This document shows, piece after piece, positions 1-9,409 of a DNA stretch of 58,476 bases. The stretch comes from Trichoplax adhaerens (Eukaryota; Animalia; Placozoa): contig NW_002060951.1 in the NCBI RefSeq assembly GCF_000150275.1, positions 3,152,238-3,210,713 of the forward strand. The letters run 5' to 3'. The stretch's first letter is position 1; each line of letters begins with the position of its first letter. The notes beneath the pieces were generated by a model, which was given only the letters and a program-made list of their open reading frames with translations, searched no databases and had not been told where the DNA came from. Both the position numbers and the translations under genes were made by a program.

Positions 1-128
1 TGCAGAGTAATGCAATTATAATATAATATTTTATTAATATTATATTAGTTTCCTTTTTAACATGGCTAAAACGTATCGACGTTAAGATGTATCCTGATTA
101 AACTTAATAATAAGTTTATCATATTTAG

Positions 129-444
129 TAATTCTACTTGCGCCAGAGAATTAAAGGATAGCACGTTTACACAAACGGAGGCTACTGACCATCAATCCGG
201 TAGGAAAATTAGCGCAACTCTATTCTTTTGTTTCAAATTTTATAATCTAATATTTTCGGTGTTATTTCTAGTTTCCCATAACGCTGGTAGCATAGACGCT
301 ATGGATGAATGCAAAAATCTGAAGCTTGAGTGTACCAAATCTTCATTGAATTTAAAACATGATGCTGTTTCTGTTAACGTCCAGACTCCGGATCTTCCAG
401 AATTTCCTAGGCTTAATAAAATATCTATTGAGTCAGTTCCCTGA
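129..444 (+). CDS. 3' terminal exons of an unidentified spliced gene, copy A (exons ~129-199, 272-444)
   Basis: tttag|129-199|gtagg and tttctag|272-444 splice in frame: ..NSTCARELKDSTFTQTEATDHQS/VSHNAGSIDAMDECKNLKLE..ESVP*. A further donor (ga|gtaatg) lies at the window start. No family recognised. Confidence 0.45.
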
Positions 445-898
445 TTGTTGTTACGTAAAGTTTAATGGTCTTAGATACAATCGGTCATGCACGATCATAC
501 CTATTCCCGGTAGGCTTGTACTAGTAGCCGCTATATCTTGTAATTTTATTTATGTAGTAATCTAGCCGAACCCACTCACCCGGTAGTGCATTACATTATA
601 TATATGTATTTATATTGTTATATATATATAATTAACATACATTACACAGCCTGGTCCCATGGCTTTCACTTTATCTTGTTACAGTACGTATAGTCTTAAT
701 GAACTCATACTTAGTAATTAATAAATTCCTAACTTTATCTGCAAATGAGAATGCATTTCTTTTAGCCTTCGAGAGGTAGCCAGAAAGGAAGCGGTATGCT
801 CTAGCCAGGCATGTTCAAATGCTCCTTTAAAGGAGGATGTATACCTAGTAATTATAAATTCTTTGCTGGCAACTTTAAATGTAACAGTAGGCGAAATC

Positions 899-1127
899 GG
901 ATAATTTACCGGAGACAATTTACCGCATTAAATTAATTTTACGCTGTATAGGATTAAACGCTGTAAAATATTAAATCTACTTTCGTAATATCAAAAGTGA
1001 TACTTTACTGCAATAGATAGATTTTACGGTGTATAGGATTGAACGCTATTAAGTATTCAATTTTGATATTGTTTCCATCGTATACTACTACATTGTACTG
1101 AGGTAAATTATCCCCGTCAAATTGTCT
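899..1127. mobile_element. MITE-like element with ~29-bp imperfect terminal inverted repeats, copy A
   Basis: Left end ggataatttaccggagacaatttaccgca; right end tgaggtaaattatccccgtcaaattgtct (reverse complement agacaatttgacggggataatttacctca). Non-coding AT-rich interior. No clear TSD. Confidence 0.5.
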
Positions 1128-1294
1128 TAGACCGACAGTACGTGTCACCCTACAATGTTTTGTTAAAGTAAAATTGAATTTTTATTCAAACATAGTTAGT
1201 CGCAAATAATTATATGTACGATACATATATAATGCATGCAGACTTCAGGCATACAACACTGCAATGTATTATAACAAAACTGCATGTTCATAGT

Positions 1295-1660
1295 AACTAT
1301 AAAATTATCTGACGTAGTGTTCAGATATATTAGTTATTATATAGTAGCTATAAAATTATCTGATGCAGTGTTCAGATAAATTGTCACATAGTAGCTATGA
1401 ATTATATGATGTATGCAGTGTTCAGATAAATTATCATTTAGTAGGTTTAAAATTATCTAAAGTTGTGTATAGATGAATTACCACATGGTCGCTATAGAAT
1501 TATCTAATGTAACGTTCAGATTAATTATCTATGGTAGCTATGAAATTACCTGATGTAATGCTCTTATAAATTATCATTTATTACCTATAGAATCGTCTGA
1601 TGTAATATTCAAATAAATTGTCATACAGCGGCTGCAAAACTATCTACTAAGATAAATTCT
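1295..1660 (+). repeat. Degenerate tandem array of the ~47-bp unit (AGCTATAAAATTATCTGA..GTGTTCAGATAAATTGTCA..)
   Basis: About 8 diverged copies of aaattatctga..gtgttcagata. Same family as the array at 4911-5779. Confidence 0.85.
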
Positions 1661-2230
1661 CAACTCCACCATTAATCACCATTTATTATTTCTATGCTTT
1701 TACTACTTCATGACCTATTTTCATTCGACTACATTCCATACATACTCTCATTCATCTTATTTTCATTTACTTTACTGCACTATTATTTATTTTTATTCAT
1801 CATACTTTCATTTATCTTATTTTTCATGCACGTTACTGTAGTTCTGTTGCTTGTGCCATCCCCACCATCAGATGTAGCCCTAATATAGATACAGTATTAC
1901 ATTGTGACCATCATTAGAGACACTCCACCCTGCATGGGAAAATTAACGATATGCCACTATATTTTGCGGTATTTAATGATATGCCATAGTAATTTACCGA
2001 AATTTAATGATATGGAATTTTCCCGATTTGCGCATGCTTTATTATACGCACAGTATTTACTTGTAAATACAGTACAGTACACTGTACAATTGAGTAAGTG
2101 CCCCAACCGAAACTTTACACAGTGAAAAGCCAAAAAATGGGTACTGTGCTTAGGAATTAGATGATGGTAGTTAACTGGTATACGGTTGAGTAAAAAAACT
2201 CGAAGTACCGTAGTCAAAATAAGTAGTGAG

Positions 2231-2280
2231 NNNNNNNNNNNNNNNNNNNNNNNNNNNNNNNNNNNNNNNNNNNNNNNNNN
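2231..2280. other. Assembly gap (50 N)
   Basis: Run of N. Confidence 1.
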
Positions 2281-2706
2281 TATGTTCACTTATTCGGTGT
2301 GTAAGATTTATGTACCAGTACGCTAGTGTCTTATTCCGGCTGGATTGAAATAGTCTGGCGGCTAATGTAGTAGCTCTAAGAATTTTCCATTCGTTCATTA
2401 CTGGTTCCTTCGTATTACAGTAACATTATCGCAGACGTAGACACATTATTTAAGCTATGTAGTTTATTTAGTTTTATATCGTACTGTGACAGCTACTGCA
2501 GCCCATCAATCAAGGTTTATGCACCTGAAAGTGAATCTGCTTAATTTTACCTATTCTTGCATTGCTATCTGAAATAAATGTTACTATTCTGTTTTTTATA
2601 CATTTTACATTTTAGTACAGTTATCGATATACCTCACAGTTGGACAATGCCAGAAATAATGCTTAATTCTTTAATTATTATTCTTATTATTTCTGACATT
2701 GTTCAG

Positions 2707-3344
2707 CTTTGGGGAGCGATCATAACTTGACTGGTGTTACGAACTTTGCTAACTGAGAGCCTTTAATATATATATTTATTAATTTGCCTTGATAGACTAT
2801 TCAAATAATAAAATAGTAGCTAATTTAATTTTTTCATATATAGGGAATTTTCTTGCGTTGTTTTATAGCAAGCGAGGATAGGATTGCAATTATGGACATG
2901 CAAGAGTAATGCAATTATAATATAATATTTTATTAATATTATATTAGTTTTCTTTTTTAACATGGCTAAAACATATCGACGTTAAGATGTATCCTGATTA
3001 AACTTAATAATAAGTTTATCATATTTAGTAATTCTACTTGCGCCAGAGAATTAAAGGATAGCACGTTTACACAAACGGAGGCTACTTACCATCAATCCGG
3101 TAGGAAAATTAGCGCAACTCTATTCTTCTGTTTCAAATTTTATAATCTAATATTTTCGGTGTTATTTCTAGTTTCCCATAACGCTGGTAGCATAGACGCT
3201 ATGGATGAATGCAAAAATCTGAAGCTTGAGTGTACCAAATCTTCATTGAATTTAAAACATAATGCTGTTTCTGTTAACGTCCAGACTCCGGATCTTCCAG
3301 AATTTCCTAGGCTTAATAAAATACCTATTGAGTCAGTTCCCTGA
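2707..3344 (+). CDS. 3' terminal exons of an unidentified spliced gene, copy B (exons ~2707-2733, 2869-2905, 3029-3099, 3172-3344)
   Basis: GT-AG junctions give one open frame: ..LGSDHNLT/ASEDRIAIMDMQ/DNSTCARELKDSTFTQTEATYHQS/VSHNAG..IPIESVP*. 5' end not visible; no family recognised. Confidence 0.5.
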
Positions 3345-3821
3345 TTGTTGTTACGTAAAGTTTAATGGTCTTAGATACAATCGGTCATGCATGATCGTAT
3401 GATCATACAATCGGTCATGCATGATGCTATTCCCGGTAGGCTTGTACTAGTAGCCGCTATATCTTGTAATTTTATTTATGTAGTAATCTAGCCGAACCCA
3501 CTCACCCGGTAGTGCATTACATACATATATATTTATATTGTTATATTTATATAATTTACATACATTACACAGCCTGGTCCCATGGCTTTCACTTTAACTT
3601 GTTACAGTACGTATAGTCTTAATGAACTCATACTTAGTAATTAATAAATTCCTAACTTTATCTGCAAATGAGAATGCATTTCTTTTAGCCTTCGAGAGGT
3701 AGCCAGAAAGGAAGCGGTATGCTCTAGCCAGGCATGTTCAAATGCTCCTTTAATGGAGGGTGTATACCTAGTAATTATAAATTCTTTGCTGGCAACTTTA
3801 AATGTAACAGTAGGCGAAATC

Positions 3822-4029
3822 GGATAATTTACCGGAGACAATTTACCGCATTAAATTAATTGATGTAAAATATTAAATCTACTTTCGTAATATCAAAAGC
3901 GATACTTTACTGCAATAGATAGATTTTACGGTGTATAGGATTGAATGCTATCAAGTATTCAATTTTGATATTGTTTCCATCGTATACTACTACATTGTAC
4001 AGCGGTAAATTATCCCCGTCAAATTGTCT
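3822..4029. mobile_element. MITE-like element, copy B
   Basis: ggataatttaccgg... / ...gcggtaaattatccccgtcaaattgtct inverted termini. Confidence 0.5.
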
Positions 4030-4205
4030 TAGAGCGACAGTACGTGTCACCCTACAATGTTTTGTTAAAGTAAAATTGAATTTTTATTTAAGCTTGTTAG
4101 TTAGTCGCAAATAATTATATGTACGATACATATATAATGATGCATGCAGACAGACTTCAGGTATACAACACTGCAATGTATTATAACAAAACTGCATGTT
4201 CATAG

Positions 4206-4550
4206 TAACTATAAAATTATCTGACGTAGTGTTCAGATATATTAGTTATTATATAGTAGCTATAAAATTATCTGATGCAGTGTTCAGATAAATTGTCACA
4301 TAGTAGCTATGAATTATATGATGTATGCAGTGTTCAGATAAATTATCTAAAGTTGTGTATAGATGAATTACCACATGGTCGCTATAGAATTATCTAATGT
4401 AACGTTCAGATTAATTATCTATGGTAGCTATGAAATAACCTGATGTAATGCTCTTATAAATTATCATTTATTATCTATAGAATCATCTGATGTAATATTC
4501 GAATAAATTGTCATACAGCGGCTGCAAAACTATCTCAGATAAATTCTCAA
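4206..4550 (+). repeat. Degenerate ~47-bp tandem array, copy B
   Basis: Counterpart of 1295-1660. Confidence 0.85.
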
Positions 4551-4910
4551 CTCCACCATTAATCGCCATTTATTATTTCTATGCTTTTACTACTTCATGA
4601 CCTATTTTCATTCGACTACATTCCATACATACTCTCATTCATCTTATTTTCATTTACTTTACTGCACTATTATTTATTTTTATTCATCATACTTTCATTT
4701 ATCTTATTTTCCATTCACGTTACTACTTCTGTTGCTTGTGCCATCCCCACCATCAGATTTAGCCCTAATATAGATACAGTATTACATTGTGACCATCATT
4801 AGAGACACTCACCCTGCTTTGCTCGCCATATAGCTTCGGTAATCTATCCATACGTTTCCTTTAATAAAGGAAGGGAAAATTAACGATATGCCACTATATT
4901 TTGCGGTATT

Positions 4911-5779
4911 CAGCTATAAAATTATCGGATACAGTGTTCAGATAATTTGTCATACAACAGCAATAAAATTATCGGATATAGTGTTCAGATAAATCGTAGT
5001 ACAACAGCTGTAAAATTATCGGATACAGTGTTCCGATAACTTGTCATATAACAGCAGGAAAATTATCGGATATAGTGTTCAGATAACTTGTCATACAACA
5101 GCAATAAAATTATCGGATATAGTGTTTAGGTAACTTGCCATACAGTAGCTGTAAAATTATCAGACACAGTGTTCGGATGACTTGCTATACAGCGTAAAAC
5201 TATCTGATAGACTGTTCAAATAACTTGTCATACAGGTACTGTAAGATTATCGGATATACACTTATATAGTACACTGCATATTATGCAGTATAATGTAATT
5301 TTACAACTATGGTATGGCAGATAAATTGTCATGCAGCAGCTATTAAATTATCGGATACACTGTTCAGATTACTTGCCAGACAGGCGCTGTAAGATTATCG
5401 GATATGAATCGCATATTATGCAGTATAATATAATTTTACAGCTACTGTATGGCAATTTATGTAAACATTATATCCGATACTTTTACAGCAGCTGTTTGAC
5501 AATTTATCTGAACATTTTATCCGAAAATTTTACCGCTGTTGTATGAAAAACTATCTGAACACTGTATCCAATAATTTTACAGCTGCTGTACGGTATGATA
5601 ATTTATCTGAACGCCATGTCCGATAATTTTACAGCTGTTATGTGACAAGTTATCTGAACACTATATCCGATATTTTTACTGCTGCTGTATGACAATGTAT
5701 CTGAACACTATATCTTATAATTTTACGGCTGCTGCATGACAAGTTATCTGGACACTTTATCGGATTATTTTACAGCTGC
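4911..5779. mobile_element. Foldback-like element: forward array of 47-bp units (~4911-5405) facing a reverse-complement array (~5440-5779)
   Basis: Unit starts at 4911, 4958, 5005, 5052, 5099, 5146 (exact 47-bp period; cagctataaaattatcggatacagtgttcagataatttgtcatacaa). Right half has units such as ttgtatgaaaaactatctgaacactgtatccaataattttacagctg, the reverse complement. The repeat structure is certain; the mobile-element call is inferred. Confidence 0.65.
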
Positions 5780-5984
5780 TCGGGCGGGGGGTTTTCTCAT
5801 AGATTGCCCGACACTCCGGGCAATCTACGAGGAAACACCTTTTTAATAAAAATAAGACCTTAGGATGACGAATACAATACAAAAAAGGGGGTTTTCTCGT
5901 TAAAAAATAAGACAATAGGATGACGAATACAGTAGTGCACACAAAAAAAATTTTAGTAAAAGTTACTCGGCTGAAACTGAGCAA

Positions 5985-7330
5985 AAATAGATAATGCCAT
6001 CATGGCGATTAGGCGTATCATTAATTAAGTAAAAATGATATGAAGAAGTAAAAAGTATGATGGAATAGAAAGGAGACATAATAATGGAAAATACGATAGT
6101 ATAAAATGAGATCAGTGGTAAACCTAGGAATTAGATGATGGTAGTTAACTGGTATACGGTTGAGTAAAAAAACTCGAAGTACCGTAGTCAAAATAAGTAG
6201 TGAGTCTTAAAAATAAATGACGGCGACTATGATCGTGTGGTTGAATAAAATGATATAAGATTCAGTAGCAAAAAACGTGATGAAGTAGTGAATCTTGAAA
6301 ATAGAAGATGGCGATTACTCATGTACTTAAGAAAGATGATATGAAATGGTAAAAAAGCTACAGTATTATGCAATAGAAATGAAACGAAATAGCCCATCTT
6401 AAAGATAGATGACGCTATAACGCCGATTATTATTTTTAATCATACAGTTGATAGCAAATAAAATGAGATCAATGTAGCGAACGTTAAAACAAGCGATAAC
6501 GATTAGACGTCTAGCTGAATAAAAACAGTATGGGATCAGTAGCAAAAGATTTGATAGAATAGAAATGAAACGAAGGAGCGAGTCTTAAAATAGAATATAG
6601 CGTTTAGTCATGCAAATAAGTAAGAAAATAAGATGAATTAGCCGATCTCTTAAGAATAGCTAAAGGCGATTAATTAGATTCGTGCAGTTGATGGAAAGAA
6701 AAATGCGATAGAAGTGAGGAGCCTTAAAAATAGACGATAACGATTACTCGTATAGTCGATTAAGAATGGTATGAGATTCTATAGCAAAATTTGATGGGAA
6801 AAGAAATGAAATGAAGCAACAAGTCTTAAAATAGTAGATGATGACTTATCATGCGGCTGAGCAAAATGATAGGCAGTAGTACAATAACATGACTAAATAG
6901 ATATCAAGATGAAGTAATCGATCTAAAAATACATGACAACGATCAATCATGTAGATGATAGTGAGTTAAAATAAGATGAATTGGTGAAGCTTTAAAATAA
7001 AAGATGGCAGTTAGCCTTATAGTTGGGTGATGATGACGCAAAATGGTAAATAACATTGGTAGGACAAAAATGAGATGAAATAGTGAACTCAAAACGATGA
7101 GTGAGGGTGCTTAGTAGGATAGTTGAGTGAAAAATAACATAAAATAGTAACTAAAAAATACCTGAAGGAGTAGAAGTGGGATAAAGCGAAGCTATTAGTC
7201 ACGTAATTGACAGTAACTAAAATGGCACGTAGTAACACTGTAGATAAGCAAGACGATGGCAATGAAGATGATACTGTGTAAATGAAGTGAAGCATCGCAA
7301 TATTAATATTAAAAGACTAAAATTATTACG
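5985..7330 (+). repeat. Degenerate purine-rich tandem repeat with alternating ~65 and ~100 bp units
   Basis: Recurrent gaagtagtgagtcttaaaaatagatgatggcgatta-like motif near 6205, 6295, 6398, 6484, 6584, 6649, 6724, 6825, 6923, 6990 and 7088. Confidence 0.8.
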
Positions 7331-9409
7331 TGATAGTGATTAATCGAGTACTTGATCAAAAAATACATATACGAGTATGTACTAGTATACAGTACGTGAA
7401 AAATGATGATTGCGCAATTTAAAAATAGTGTAAAAATGTCTGAACATCTAAATTGTATTATACAAGGAGGAAGGAAAAAAACGCAATAGACGAACTAATC
7501 GGGTCATAAAAGTAGTTTTATGTTTGCTATATGATAGCGTATTAGAAAAACGATAAGGTATTTCACTTACTTTAGCTGCATTATCAACGTGTAACTTTAT
7601 TACTTCTGTCGATAAATAACAGTTCCTTAAGTTATAGATATATGATTTGTATTAAATCTCATACTAAACCCTATATTTGATTGTCCAGACAAATCGGGCT
7701 TTCGGACACTTCTTAAATTAAATCAGATTTACGGTGTCTGGATAATTGAAGTGTTTTCTATTTTTAAAAATTTCTATTTTATTCACTACTCTTAATTTAA
7801 AGCATTTTATGATCTTATACAGCTGCTTTCAAGCAGAATTTTGTAAAAGATAGCAGGATTCAGAGTGAATTACCAACGATTTTGGGTTAATTTAGTCTTA
7901 AGTACGTACAGCAAACGTTAACTGCAGTACAGTACTCGGGAATTCTGAAAAGCTTTTAAGAGTCCTTGACTGCATTACTTCACAGGAACCTTCATTTGTC
8001 ACGCTGATATAATGCTGTACACTATTTACAGAGTTTGGAGATTTCAGGAGTCCTATAGCGCAAGCAATATCAGTAATGTAGTAGTACTAAACGAATTAGA
8101 CTTTAACCTTTGCATTTCTTAAAGATTTGTATGATAACAAAATTTAAGGCTACTTCTGCAATCTACTTAAATGAATTCATAGATCATAAAAATAATATCA
8201 TTTCCTGCAAGCAAGATAATGCAATTACTTGGCTAGGACCCTTGACATGATAATCCAGTAATCTGGGAAGCGGGTGATCTGTAGTGACAGATACAGTGAC
8301 AATAGTTAACAATTCCTTATGGCAATCGCACACTACCCTAAGTAGTATTTAGTATTTACTTTTTAATTACTGAAAATGCGAGAAATTACGCGGTTAGGCC
8401 TAGGCCTAATTTGGATTGCGTCAGCGTAACAAGTTACAGCATATCTTGCTAAAATTTGGGGAACCGGCGACCTACATTACTGACCATAGAAGTAAAAGAA
8501 ATGCCTGTTATACTGACCACAGTTCGTGCTACTGAGAGATGTCGGAACATCGTACAGTGCCGCCAAAGCAACGCAATCAGTTTCGGCAACGTGCTGCTAC
8601 GGTACACAGAGATTGTTGCTGTTGCACAAGCAGAAGTATTAGTGTTATACGCACTTTCAAAAAAGTTTTATTTCTCAAAACATTGCAAATCAATTTTAGG
8701 AGTCTACGCGTTCAGCCAAATATATATCTTATATACTTATCATTTTGCACGTACAAAATTGTAAACCTTGCTATGAAAATACTGTGTACTATAAGCAAAA
8801 TCATGATAACAGTTCATGAATAAAATTTAATTTAAAACATTTAGCAGCAGATAACTACTTAGTATGAGTCATCGCGAGATGTAGCAAGTCCGAGAATTAA
8901 TATCGTCTGAATAATATAAACTTGCTTTCCCGTCCAGCAGCTCGGTATTGAACTTATACGCCCGTATAAGATCGATTCCTAATCATCGCGGCTTTCAGGA
9001 ATAGGAAGATGTAGTAAACTGCTATTTTGAAGCTCAGGTAAGAAATCACTCTTAAGCTTAAGATAGTGTACTGCATTCGTTCACGATTGCGTGCTAATCT
9101 ACGTGTCTACGAGCTACTTGAATGTACTGTTTACAATGGCACATTGCAGAATTTAAGAATTGTTCGTACAGTATGTTGCATTCTAAGAATGCCACCGTAC
9201 TATCCTACCCGTTGCCATACATGATGATGATAAATTCTTATTAAAAGTACTAATTTGCGAGGTACATTACTTTTGCCTGACTCAGTTTTTAATAAGTTAC
9301 GAGTATTTATTTATGTGTTCGTGCTAGAGTACTATATATGGATAAAACATAATACTAATAAGTCAAATGCTTCACTAATTATATAATTAGGAGTACATGA
9401 ACTATAGTG

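Larger units (their letters stand above)
1..1973. repeat. Copy A of a ~2 kb near-identical duplication (matches ~2899-4910); 2151-2230 also matches 6125-6204
   Basis: Base-by-base identity with scattered SNPs and small indels. The copies are separated by the N gap at 2231-2280. Confidence 0.95.
2899..4910. repeat. Copy B of the ~2 kb duplication
   Basis: Near-identical to 1-1973, with an extra small duplication at ~3376-3425 and an extra ~56 bp at ~4817-4872. Confidence 0.95.

Noticed and set aside
1694-1888. Hydrophobic 'membrane peptide' ORFs (also 4581-4802, 7089-7295)
   Set aside because: They arise from pyrimidine-rich degenerate repeats; no splice or homology support.
3014-3046. Apparent 33-nt ultra-short intron in the unidentified gene
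   Set aside because: An acceptor at 3028 gives the same frame with a normal ~120-nt intron, so no tiny intron is needed.
4911-5779. CRISPR-like array (palindromic repeats at a regular period)
   Set aside because: Intervening bases are themselves conserved (no unique spacers), the array inverts midway, no cas genes, and the context is eukaryotic.
8394-8409. Perfect 16-bp palindrome TTAGGCCTAGGCCTAA
   Set aside because: Single, isolated and explainable by duplication of TAGGCC; no associated feature.
8456-8823. Overlapping 102-aa and 94-aa plus-strand ORFs
   Set aside because: No recognisable motifs or consistent splice chain; cannot be supported as coding.
9221-9280. Box C (ATGATGA) and box D (CTGA) pair suggesting a snoRNA; similar pair at ~40201-40251
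   Set aside because: Short, no terminal stem, not intronic on that strand, and no recognisable rRNA guide.
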